Both the position numbers and the translations under genes were made by a program. Positions 17,718-26,573 of a stretch of DNA of 32,000 nt are shown here, one piece after another. The notes beneath the pieces are model-generated. The model saw only the letters and a list, made by a program, of their open reading frames with translations, made no database searches and had not been told where the DNA came from. Numbering within the stretch: the first letter of the stretch is position 1; the number at the start of each line of letters is the position of its first letter. Source of the DNA: an uncultured Nitrososphaerota archaeon (GTDB taxonomy: Archaea; Korarchaeota; Korarchaeia; Korarchaeales; Korarchaeaceae); contig CAYZRF010000003.1 in assembly GCA_964480775.1 (NCBI GenBank), positions 78,534 through 110,533 on the forward strand, read 5' to 3'.

Positions 17718-18374
17718 CTATATTTTCTTGTGGCAGAACCACCAATCAAAGCATTCGTACTCTTTCAACCTTTTCTTAGCTGTTTCCTCATCTGTTGCTG
17801 GGGGTATTATTGCTCTATCACCAACCAGCTCGTTGTTGGGCCAGTTCGCAGGCAAAGCCACACCTTTTTCATCCGATATTTGAAGTCCCTTTACCATTCT
17901 TAGAATCTCATCCATGTTTCGTCCTAGCTCTTGTGGATAATAGAGAATAGATCTGATAATACCTCTAGGATCTATGATGAAAACGGCCCTAACAGTGTTT
18001 GTTCCCTTAGAAGGATGAACCATTCCAAACAAACAAGCGATCCTTCCGGTATCATCAGCGATTATTGGGAACTTTATCTCAACATCAAGCTTCTCCTTTA
18101 TCCACTCAACCCACTTTATGTGACTAAATACCTGATCTATGCTCAATCCTATTAAATCACAATTGAGTTTCTTGAACTCATCATATCTCTTCTGGAAAGC
18201 TACGAACTCAGTGGTGCATACCGGCGTGAAATCAGCGGGATGAGAGAACAAAATGACCCATTTCCCTTTGTAATCCTCTGGAAACTTAATCTTGCCCTTT
18301 GTAGTTTGAGCTTCAAACGATGGAGCCTTTTCTCCTATAAGTGGTAGTCCTCCTGCTTTAACTTCAACTTCCAT
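17718..18374 (-). CDS. peroxiredoxin (archaeal Prx6/1-Cys-like thiol peroxidase)
   Basis: Peroxidatic Cys motif [15 protein letters not shown], plus [15 protein letters not shown] and RAVFIIDP. I use ATG 18374, which is preceded by GGTGAC, rather than the TTG at 18386. Confidence 0.92.
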   Translation of the reverse strand: MEVEVKAGGLPLIGEKAPSFEAQTTKGKIKFPEDYKGKWVILFSHPADFTPVCTTEFVAFQKRYDEFKKLNCDLIGLSIDQVFSHIKWVEWIKEKLDVEIKFPIIADDTGRIACLFGMVHPSKGTNTVRAVFIIDPRGIIRSILYYPQELGRNMDEILRMVKGLQISDEKGVALPANWPNNELVGDRAIIPPATDEETAKKRLKEYECFDWWFCHKKI

Positions 18375-18685
18375 TTTTGTCACCAAATCAATTTGGATGT
18401 TATTATTACCTTATTGTATCTATATAAAAATGAATAGGTTTACTTTTCGAACCTTTTGATAAACTGAGATCACAGCAAGATCTTCAGAAAATCAATGGTC
18501 GTGTGAACCAATAGGAAGGGTACTGTACCCTTTGATCAATGCCATTTGATAAAAAATGGCGAATTGAGGTAAAAAGGGTGGCAGAAAGATTAAAAAGAAA
18601 AAATGAAATTTTGTCCAACCTTCAAGGTGGAAGAGGATGAATGTAGGGGATCTAGTTTGGCTGCTATAACCCTGAAGAAGTCTGT

Positions 18686-19123
18686 TTGAAAAGTATTACT
18701 CGTAAGTCTAGCGGAGTAGTCTTTTTGCCCACTAAGTCTTTGCATCCTCACGAGAAGATACGTCCATCGCGTCTCAAAGAATTATCAAAAGAGATCTTGG
18801 ATGAAGGTGTTTTGAGGAGGCCCCTCGTTGTCGATCGCAAGACGAGGGTGATCTTGGATGGACACCACAGATATCGTATTTTACAATTGCTTGGAGTAGA
18901 AATCATTCCAGTTCTGCTCGTTGAATACTCCTCCCCAGATGTAAGCGTGTTTCCTAGAAGGGTAGGATACAGGGTTTCAAAGCAACTTGTGGTAGACATG
19001 GGGCTTAGCGGTCAGCTAATGCCCCCAAAGACTACTAGGCATGTGCTGGAAATAGATACAAGACCAGTTGATCTTCCCTTGAAATACTTGCTGAAGGTAG
19101 GTGTAGGAGGAGATCTGTTTTGA
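18686..19123 (+). CDS. ParB/Srx-fold (ParB N-terminal domain-like) small protein
   Basis: [31 protein letters not shown]...[16 protein letters not shown] matches the ParB/sulfiredoxin nucleotide-binding fold pattern (DGxHR). The start is TTG with no in-frame ATG nearby. The stop overlaps the next gene's start. Confidence 0.65.
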   Translation: MKSITRKSSGVVFLPTKSLHPHEKIRPSRLKELSKEILDEGVLRRPLVVDRKTRVILDGHHRYRILQLLGVEIIPVLLVEYSSPDVSVFPRRVGYRVSKQLVVDMGLSGQLMPPKTTRHVLEIDTRPVDLPLKYLLKVGVGGDLF

Positions 19124-20409
19124 AAATAAGAGTGGATATGTCTGCGGAAGATATTCCAAAATCTTGGTATAACATCCTGTCTGATCTGGGGGAAATCCCT
19201 CCAATGATCGATCCAAGGACTAAAGAACCTTTGAGCCCAGATGCATTGTCCGTTCTATTCCCAAAGGAATGTGTTAAGCAGGAAACTTCAAAGGAAAGAA
19301 GCATAAGAATCCCTGAAGAGTTAAGGGAACAGTATATCAGAATAGGAAGGCCAACCCCCCTTTACAGGGCAAAGAGATTAGAGGAATATCTCAGAACTCC
19401 AGCAAAGATATTCTTCAAGAGAGAGGATGTAACGCCGACTGGTAGCCATAAGCTAAACACAGCCTTAGCTCAAGCATATTACGCAATGCAGGAGGGAACT
19501 GAGAGGCTTACTACAGAGACTGGGGCAGGTCAGTGGGGATCTGCTCTATCTTATGCAGGAGCAATGTTCGACCTCAGTGTATTGGTCTTCATGGTAAGAA
19601 TATCCTACAATCAAAAACCATATCGGAAGTTTGTGATGAAGCTTTATGGAGCCGAGGTTGTTCCATCGCCAAGTGACAGAACAGAAGTAGGCAAACACTT
19701 CTTGGAGGAGAATCTAGAACACCCTGGCTCGCTAGGTATAGCGATAAGTGAAGCAATAGAGGTCGCTGTTAAGGATGAAAAGAGTAAATACTCTCTAGGA
19801 AGTGTTCTTAACCACGTTCTTCTACACCAAACAGTCATTGGACAAGAAGTCCTAGAGCAGCTAAGAAGACTCGAATTAAAGCCAGACGTCATGATAGGGT
19901 GCGTTGGTGGAGGAAGCAACTTTGCAGGTTTTACCTTTCCGATGATAGGCTGCGTTCTCAGAGGTGAGGAAAAAGAGACTAGGTTCTTGGCTGTAGAACC
20001 TGTTGCGTGCCCATCAATGACTAAAGGAGAATACAGATATGATTTCGGAGATGCAGGAAAGACAACACCACTAATGAAGATGTTTACTCTCGGCTGTGAC
20101 TTCGTTCCACCTCCCATCCATGCGGGAGGACTCAGATATCACGGCGCAGCTCCAACAGTATCTCTCTTGAAGAAGGAGGGAATCATAGAGTCCATTGCCT
20201 ACCCTCAGGAAGAGGTCTTCAAGGCCGCAAGGCTTTTCGCAGAACTTGAAGGCTTTATACCGGCCCCAGAAACATCTCATGCAGTTAAAGCAGCTATAGA
20301 TGAAGCCATTAAAGCTAAAGAGAAAGGAGAAGAAAGAGTGATTGTGTTCAATTATTCGGGACACGGACTGCTAGACTTATCAGGATACGATCAAGTCCTT
20401 GGGTTGTAG
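19120..20409 (+). CDS. trpB2: TrpB-like PLP-dependent enzyme, TrpB2 (long) type tryptophan synthase beta chain
   Basis: PLP-lysine motif [34 protein letters not shown] and the C-terminal SGHGLLDL. The N-terminal extension with [12 protein letters not shown] and the ~429-aa length are typical of TrpB2. The TTG start at 19120 overlaps the upstream TGA (TTGA) and lies 9 nt after GGAGG (19106-19110). Confidence 0.9.
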   Translation: MKIRVDMSAEDIPKSWYNILSDLGEIPPMIDPRTKEPLSPDALSVLFPKECVKQETSKERSIRIPEELREQYIRIGRPTPLYRAKRLEEYLRTPAKIFFKREDVTPTGSHKLNTALAQAYYAMQEGTERLTTETGAGQWGSALSYAGAMFDLSVLVFMVRISYNQKPYRKFVMKLYGAEVVPSPSDRTEVGKHFLEENLEHPGSLGIAISEAIEVAVKDEKSKYSLGSVLNHVLLHQTVIGQEVLEQLRRLELKPDVMIGCVGGGSNFAGFTFPMIGCVLRGEEKETRFLAVEPVACPSMTKGEYRYDFGDAGKTTPLMKMFTLGCDFVPPPIHAGGLRYHGAAPTVSLLKKEGIIESIAYPQEEVFKAARLFAELEGFIPAPETSHAVKAAIDEAIKAKEKGEERVIVFNYSGHGLLDLSGYDQVLGL

Positions 20410-20423
20410 GAGGACATCTAATC

Positions 20424-20438
20424 TCTTCCCCTTTTTTC
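20424..20438 (+). terminator. pyrimidine/oligo-T tract after trpB2
   Basis: TCTTCCCCTTTTTTC begins 15 nt after the TAG stop. Confidence 0.4.
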
Positions 20439-20765
20439 AAAACGCAACACTTTGATAAGTGATAAGATAGAATCACTCATTTAGTAGCATGTTTTAAGCA
20501 AGGCACAGGATACGCGGGTAAAACCCTCCTTATGATCTTTTTCTCACTATTACCTTCGCATAGCAGCCTCACATGAAGGCTTAACACAAAGAAGATCAAA
20601 CTATCCTATCGGGCCCTTTTATCTCCTCTTAGCTGAGATACCCTCTGTACTGAGCTTCTCTTCTTTTAGAGGGTTTTCTCAGCACCCGGACGAAATATCT
20701 TAGGGAAGAACAGTAAAGAATATAACCACTCCTATGGTGAGGTTCTCGCTAACCGGTGTCCAAGA

Positions 20766-21506
20766 ATGCCTGACAATATTCTCCTATGGTTGGGTTGTGT
20801 TTATAGAAAAAACCTTATTCCAGAAAAAGAGAGCATATTATCAGTGTTCAGGACAGCTGGGGTGAATTTTGAAACTCTAGATGAAGAGGGATGCTGTTAC
20901 TTTCCATTATTCCTAGCTGGTCAAACTGAAATGGCAAAAAAACGTGCGAACGAGCTTGAAAAGGTTCTATCAGAATATGAAGTGATAGTGACCCCCTGCC
21001 CTGCGTGTTACAGGATGTTCACTCAAATTTTTCCAGAGGAGCTAGGAAAGAAATTGAAGCCAAATGTGCTTCATACAAGTCAATTTTTCCTTAAACTCAT
21101 AAAAGAAGGCAGACTTGTGCCTAAAAACAAGGTGAGCATGAAGATAATGTATCATGATCCTTGTGAATTGGGAAGGCATTCTGGAATCTATGACGAGCCA
21201 AGAGAGCTCATCTCCTCCATCCCTGGCTTAGAAATCTTTAGACCCAGATTTGAAAGGGAGAAGTCTGTTTGCTGTGGTGGGGGAGGCCTACTCCCTGCTT
21301 TCTTTGCCTCTCTATCTGCCAAGATTGCGGCAAGAAAAATCGAAGAGGAGGACAGGGTACCAGAGGATCTTGATGCGATAGTAGCAGGATGCCCTCAATG
21401 CATCTCAAACATAAGGATGGGACTTCCTTATCTGAAGAATAAGGATCTAAGGAATCTAAAGGTGATAAACTTGGCCCAGCTAATCGAGATGTCCATTAAG
21501 AGGTGA
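20766..21506 (+). CDS. lutA: (Fe-S)-binding CCG-domain oxidoreductase, LutA/LldE-like
   Basis: Two cysteine-rich CCG-type motifs (PCPACYRMF...HDPCELGRH and KSVCCGGGG...GCPQC). The length (246 aa) and the position directly upstream of a LutB-like gene also fit. Confidence 0.8.
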   Translation: MPDNILLWLGCVYRKNLIPEKESILSVFRTAGVNFETLDEEGCCYFPLFLAGQTEMAKKRANELEKVLSEYEVIVTPCPACYRMFTQIFPEELGKKLKPNVLHTSQFFLKLIKEGRLVPKNKVSMKIMYHDPCELGRHSGIYDEPRELISSIPGLEIFRPRFEREKSVCCGGGGLLPAFFASLSAKIAARKIEEEDRVPEDLDAIVAGCPQCISNIRMGLPYLKNKDLRNLKVINLAQLIEMSIKR

Positions 21507-21510
21507 GAAT

Positions 21511-22776
21511 ATGATGGAAAGAACTGAAATGGAAAAGATTTATTCGGACTACGTTAGACAGCTTAGTAGGGCATCAAGAAATAAGTTTCTGAGATTAGCC
21601 CTTGAAAGAGCCGTTGAATCCTATAGAAGAAATAGAGATACGGCCTTTAGGCTTTTCCCTAATACTGTGGAGTTGGCAGAAAAAGTAAGGGAACTTAAGG
21701 AATACTCCTTGCTTCACGTTGACGAGCTAATTTCTCAAGCAAGAGATATGATAGAAGACATGAAGGGTAACTTTTACCTGGCAAAAACGGCGGAGGATGC
21801 CTTCGATTACATAAAAGAGCTAGTTAAGCCTGGAGACATAGTGGTTAAGGCAAAGAGTATTACTTCAGAGGAACTTCATATAAACCCAAAGCTCGAAGAA
21901 CTTGGTTGCCAAGTTTATGAAACTGATTTAGGTGAATTCATAATTCAACAACTCAAAAGCAAGCCGATGCACATACTTTCTCCAGCAATTCATGTGCCAA
22001 GAGAGAAGGCTGCAGAGGTTATATCTAAGGCAGTTGGAAAGGATCTTCCTCCCAACATAGCAGTTCTTGTAGGAGAGGTTAGAAAGTTTCTAAGGAAGAA
22101 GTTCTTCGAGGCTAACGTGGGAATAAGTGGAGCAAACGTCATAGCAGCAGATACCGGCTCAGTTTTCGTGATAGAAAACGAGGGAAATGCTAGGTTGGCC
22201 ACAGGCCTTCCTGAGAAGCACATTGTCATTGCTGGGATTGAAAAGCTCGTTCCAACGCTTCTTGATGCTATGATGACAGCAGAGGTGACCTTCCGATATG
22301 CAAACTACAAAGCGCCAGCTTACATAAGCATAATAAGCTGCCCAAGCAAGACTGGAGACATTGAAAAGCAAACAACCTATGGAGCGCATGGACCCAAAGA
22401 GTACCATGTGGTGCTACTGGACAATGGAAGGAAAGAGATGATAAAGGATCCTGTTTACAGGCAGGCCCTTTACTGCCTTAGGTGTGGCGGTTGCATGTAT
22501 AACTGTACTGTATATCCGCTTGTTGCTGGAAACTTCGGACACATTTATATGGGCGGAATAGGTGTTCCTCTAACGAGATTTCTACTCGGAGGCTTGGAAA
22601 GAGCCGCACCTGTTGCTTACACATGTACAATGTGCGGAAGGTGCGTTGAATACTGCCCAATGAGAATAGACGTCCCGAAGATAGTTCAGAAAATAAGAGA
22701 AGAGGCAGCGAAGGCTGGGATTATGCCTGAAAGGCTAAGGGAAAACTTGGAGCAGATAACTGGCGTAAAGATTTGA
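21511..22776 (+). CDS. lutB: LUD-domain iron-sulfur protein, LutB/LldF-like
   Basis: LUD/DUF162 core (GISGANVIAADTGSVFVIENEGN...IVIAGIEKLVP) followed by two ferredoxin-type motifs (CLRCGGCMYNCTVYP and CTMCGRCVEYCPMRI). It starts 5 nt after lutA. Confidence 0.85.
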   Translation: MMERTEMEKIYSDYVRQLSRASRNKFLRLALERAVESYRRNRDTAFRLFPNTVELAEKVRELKEYSLLHVDELISQARDMIEDMKGNFYLAKTAEDAFDYIKELVKPGDIVVKAKSITSEELHINPKLEELGCQVYETDLGEFIIQQLKSKPMHILSPAIHVPREKAAEVISKAVGKDLPPNIAVLVGEVRKFLRKKFFEANVGISGANVIAADTGSVFVIENEGNARLATGLPEKHIVIAGIEKLVPTLLDAMMTAEVTFRYANYKAPAYISIISCPSKTGDIEKQTTYGAHGPKEYHVVLLDNGRKEMIKDPVYRQALYCLRCGGCMYNCTVYPLVAGNFGHIYMGGIGVPLTRFLLGGLERAAPVAYTCTMCGRCVEYCPMRIDVPKIVQKIREEAAKAGIMPERLRENLEQITGVKI

Positions 22777-22844
22777 TTATATTACACTGAAATGAGAGAA
22801 CAACCCAATAGATCGAAAGAATTTTTACTGCAACATGTGATCAC

Positions 22845-23537
22845 ATGCCTATGGACCTGGCTTTCTTGATCTTTGCCTACACCGCTGGCATCTTCACATT
22901 TCTCTCTCCATGCTCCTTCCCGATGCTTCCTTCATATATCTCCTACTTCTTGAGAAGAGAGGAAAGATCAGAAAGAATGTCGGCTCTTATATTGAGCGGC
23001 ATAAAGTTAGGGCTGATTACGAGCCTAGGGTTTCTAGTGGTTTTGGTTGTGTCGGGGTCTTTGATATCCTTAGCCCTCGTACAAATAGGTAGGCTAATCC
23101 CCTATTTTATCATAACTGTTGGAGCGATCTTTACAGTCTTAGGAATTTTCTACCTTGCGGGAAAAGGTAGATCTTTTGGTTTATTCCTTAAGGCTTCTCA
23201 CTTAGTCCATAAGAAATACGGAAAGAAGCTGGGGCCCTTCCTCTATGGAGTTGCCTATGCTCTTGCGGCCATGGGCTGTTCTCTTCCAATGTTTCTTGTG
23301 ATAGTCTCTGGATCTGCAGCATTCGACCTAAGCTCCGCCATACTCTCCCTTTTCTCATACTTCCTAGGGATGGCTACCCTGATGGTGCCCGTCTCAGTGC
23401 TCACATCATTGTCAGGCGGGCTATTCTCTCGAAGGTTTATGAGCCTGATGCACTACGTTGAGAGAGCAACAGGGCTAATATTGCTATTGACAGGTCTCTA
23501 TCTGATATGGTACGAGGCTCGCGCTTTTCTACCATGA
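22845..23537 (+). CDS. ccdA: CcdA/DsbD-family transmembrane thiol-disulfide electron transporter
   Basis: Six predicted TM helices. The signature FLSPCSFPMLPSYISYF (SPC..P.LP) is in helix 1, and a second Cys lies in AAMGCSLPMFL. Confidence 0.75.
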   Translation: MPMDLAFLIFAYTAGIFTFLSPCSFPMLPSYISYFLRREERSERMSALILSGIKLGLITSLGFLVVLVVSGSLISLALVQIGRLIPYFIITVGAIFTVLGIFYLAGKGRSFGLFLKASHLVHKKYGKKLGPFLYGVAYALAAMGCSLPMFLVIVSGSAAFDLSSAILSLFSYFLGMATLMVPVSVLTSLSGGLFSRRFMSLMHYVERATGLILLLTGLYLIWYEARAFLP

Positions 23538-23577
23538 GAAGTTGCTTCTTAGGTTTCTCGAAGTCAGCTTTCGCTGT

Positions 23578-24753
23578 CTAAGATCTCTCTACCACTCTAA
23601 GGTAGATTTCCAGCTCACTACCCTCTATTTTCCCGCGCCAATCCACTAAGTAGCACTTGAAACCAAAGATCCATCCTGGTGGTGCGTCAGCATACCATCC
23701 AGTAACACAATATCCATTTTCATCCACAACTCCTTGTCCTCCGCATTCTTGACCCTTGTACGGATGATCCTGCGTGAAGTTAACTGTATCACAGTAGCAA
23801 ACGATCCCCATCCCCTTGAACTTCGGCGAAGTCTTGAATGTTATGTTAAAGGACGTCGCGACTTCTACCTCTATAACCGTCCTATTATCAACCCTTACTA
23901 TGCGTCCATTACTCACATTCACCAGCTCTATCTTGGTTGGCGGCATTTTTTCTACTTTCAAATAAATTTCCAGCTCACTACCCTCTATCTTTTCTTCTCC
24001 TTCAGTTAAATAACACTTGAATCCAAAAATCCATTCAGGGGGCGCATTAGCAACCCACCCGGTTGACACACAATACCCGTTCTCGTCAACAAGCCCATAC
24101 TCATGGCATTCCATCCCTTTGTACGGGTGATCCTGCGTGAAATTTATCGTATCACAATAGAAGCGAATTTTCTTTCCTGCATATACCGGTGAAGTCTTGA
24201 ATGTTATGTTGAATTCATCCCCATACTCGAATACAATCAGGGGTTTATCATCTACTCTGGTAATGTTCCCCTTGCTCACATTTACTAGTTCTATCTTAGC
24301 TAGCGGCAATTCCTTTATCTTTATGTAGAGATCAAATTCGCTTTTTCCTAACTTTTCTCCCTCTTCCACCAGATAGCATTTGAATCCAAATATCCACCCT
24401 GGAGGAGCATCAGCAACCCACCCAGTCGTGATACAATATCCTTGATCATCCACAAAACCGTATCCGCCACATTCTTTCCCTTTGAAGGGATGATCCTGCG
24501 TGAAGTTAACTGTATCACAGTAGCAAACGATCCGCGCTCCTTTATACCTAGGATCTGTCTTGAACGTTATGTTGAATTCATCCCCATACTCAACGAGGAT
24601 TAGGAGTTTGTTATCTACACTAGTTATGTTACCCCTGCTCACACCAATCAATTCGATTTTCGGAGGCACTACCTTGGCTTTGTAAAACAATAGTGCCGCT
24701 ATAATAAGGAAAAGAAAGAGAAGAAGGATAAGCGTAAGCTTTTTTGCCTCCAT
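23578..24753 (-). CDS. secreted/anchored protein composed of three ~121-aa Cys-containing repeats (unknown domain)
   Basis: N-terminal hydrophobic signal/anchor (LTLILLLFLFLIIAALLF). Three repeats follow, each with IEL.xVSxGNIT..D, FNITFKT.P, CYCDT[VI]NFTQDHP[FY]KG.EC, GYC..TGW.A.APP.WIFGFKCYL. I recognise no family. Confidence 0.75.
   Translation of the reverse strand: MEAKKLTLILLLFLFLIIAALLFYKAKVVPPKIELIGVSRGNITSVDNKLLILVEYGDEFNITFKTDPRYKGARIVCYCDTVNFTQDHPFKGKECGGYGFVDDQGYCITTGWVADAPPGWIFGFKCYLVEEGEKLGKSEFDLYIKIKELPLAKIELVNVSKGNITRVDDKPLIVFEYGDEFNITFKTSPVYAGKKIRFYCDTINFTQDHPYKGMECHEYGLVDENGYCVSTGWVANAPPEWIFGFKCYLTEGEEKIEGSELEIYLKVEKMPPTKIELVNVSNGRIVRVDNRTVIEVEVATSFNITFKTSPKFKGMGIVCYCDTVNFTQDHPYKGQECGGQGVVDENGYCVTGWYADAPPGWIFGFKCYLVDWRGKIEGSELEIYLRVVERS
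23581..24660 (-). repeat. intragenic tandem repeat, 3 units of ~360-363 bp
   Basis: A 46-nt exact identity links 23762-23807 and 24488-24533 (726 bp apart, repeat units 3 and 1). A 23-nt exact identity links 23606-23628 and 23966-23988 (360 bp apart). The middle unit is diverged at the 46-nt site. Confidence 0.9.
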
Positions 24754-24998
24754 AAATCAAGTAAACAAGCTTGTACATTTAAACTTAACTAGAAGTAATA
24801 TTATGATACCTAAAAATGAAAATACGCTTCATCCTTTACTCTACTACATGTTTGATCCTTAACTGAAGTCGAAAAACCTACGGTGTTATATTACATGTCC
24901 CGCATCCTAAGAATTGGCAGCCATCGACGATAACAACAGCTTTTTCTCAAGGTTTCAAGATTTTACCCGTGTTTTTGTGGAATTTTAAAGGGAGTGTT

Positions 24999-25526
24999 AT
25001 GGATAAATTAGAAAGGAGGTCAATCCCAGAGATGAGCATCGAAGAGATGGAAGAGTTCAAGTACAGGCCGATAGGCATAATACACTCCCCATCTAAGGAC
25101 GTGAAAGGGATGCCGATTCAACCGCCCGGTGCAAAGGGAATATATGGTAAAGTTGAGGTCTTTCCAGAATACTGCAAGGGGCTAAAGGACATTGAAGGCT
25201 TTTCTCATATAATCCTAATTTACCACTTTCATAAGTCCAAAGACTACTCTCTCCTGGTTAAACCCTATATGGATGAACACGAACATGGGGTGTTTGCCAT
25301 GAGAGCCCCCAAACGTCCTAATCCGATAGGTATTTCGATAGTACGTTTAGTAAAGGTAGAAGGATGCGTTCTTCACATAGAGGGAGTCGACGTTCTTGAC
25401 GGAACACCACTGCTTGACATCAAGCCATATGTCCCCGAATTCGATCATAGAAACGCGGAAAAAATAGGTTGGCTTAAAGAAAAAGCTATTTTAGTGAGGA
25501 AAAAGAGATCCGACGGAAGATTTTAG
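24999..25526 (+). CDS. trmO: tRNA (t6A37-N6)-methyltransferase TrmO / TsaA-like (UPF0066)
   Basis: YRPIGIIHSP, IEGFSHIILIYHFH, GVFAMRAPKRPNPIGISIV, VDVLDGTPLLDIKPYVPEFD are family hallmarks. ATG 24999, preceded by AAGGGAG, is preferred to the GTG at 24969. Confidence 0.85.
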   Translation: MDKLERRSIPEMSIEEMEEFKYRPIGIIHSPSKDVKGMPIQPPGAKGIYGKVEVFPEYCKGLKDIEGFSHIILIYHFHKSKDYSLLVKPYMDEHEHGVFAMRAPKRPNPIGISIVRLVKVEGCVLHIEGVDVLDGTPLLDIKPYVPEFDHRNAEKIGWLKEKAILVRKKRSDGRF

Positions 25527-25627
25527 GTGAAAATGTATAGAAATCCAGTTAAGTAAATCAACCACGGGCATACAAAGAGATTTCTACGTCTTTGATCCTT
25601 TTTTGATTCTCAATGAAATGCAACCCC

Positions 25628-26212
25628 TCAGTTTCGCTTTAGAAACCTTAAACAAAGGATCCAGATGCATATTGTGATCCCAAGGGCGCCTATAATCTCT
25701 GGAATCGCGGCTCCATGCCATTTTGGAACCGAGGAAAGCACAATTGAGAGCGTGATTGTAGTAATCATGATAAGCGAAGAAAGAGGATCCTTTTTAACGA
25801 AACTTAACGCAAGGAGAGAAAGACCAATAGGCGTAAGTATGTAGAAAAAGGCTGTCACAGGTACGTGCAAATGAGTTCCGCTTGGAAAAATCCCTATAAA
25901 AGCCAAAGAAATTGATCCTGCCAGAACCAATGTAGAAGCTAATCTTTCAAATAGTCTCTTGCTCTTAACTAAGAGTCCTATCGCAAAAAAAGCCATCATT
26001 GACCCAGAAATAATGAGTCCAAGGTTGTAAAACCAAGGATACGTGCAGTAATTCTTTCTAATGTCTCCAAGTTCGCTTAGAGCATGTCCCACTATAGAAA
26101 ACCATGGATTTAGCTTTATAGATACTCCTATGAAAAAGTAAGCAATTAGCGGCCCGATGAAACCAAAGAACCTTGCAAATTGAGCTATTTTTGACTTAAA
26201 ATCGGTTGACAC
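25628..26212 (-). CDS. polytopic membrane protein (about 6 TM; possibly DUF998-like)
   Basis: A 194-aa hydrophobic ORF with regularly spaced helices and a GTG start. The family assignment is only a recollection of DUF998-like topology. Confidence 0.55.
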   Translation of the reverse strand: MSTDFKSKIAQFARFFGFIGPLIAYFFIGVSIKLNPWFSIVGHALSELGDIRKNYCTYPWFYNLGLIISGSMMAFFAIGLLVKSKRLFERLASTLVLAGSISLAFIGIFPSGTHLHVPVTAFFYILTPIGLSLLALSFVKKDPLSSLIMITTITLSIVLSSVPKWHGAAIPEIIGALGITICIWILCLRFLKRN

Positions 26213-26573
26213 AAGTATTTAAATGATTTCTAATATTTAAAACATTCATCGATTGGCTTGAGCAATTCAAAACCAAAGAACGCCACAACATGGAGACAAT
26301 CGATATGCAAGCAATTTCACCTTTACAAATTGAGCAATATGGAAAATTTTGAAAAATAGGATAAAAACCTCTTTCAAGATAGTTCTTAGCCTTTTAAAAT
26401 GGATCCTTTGAAATCTTTGAGTAGAGAACCATGATGGACACAAAAAGCCTTTTAGAAAGAAGTAGATTGCTTCTTTTTCGCTTTTTATCGAATAATAAAG
26501 TTCGTACGGAGCTGTAAAGCCAAGACAATCTCTAAAAACAAAGGTTTTTATCCTCTGAACGCAAAAAGACGTG

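Noticed and set aside
26156-26345. Apparent partial duplication of the 5' end of the membrane-protein gene (AAACCAAAGAAC and CAAATTGAGC recur ~110 bp upstream), plus the 104-aa ORF 26267-26581
   Set aside because: Only 12-mer and 10-mer matches are present, separated by different spacers. The ORF has odd composition and overlaps the next gene's promoter and start. It is probably chance or an old relic, and is not called.
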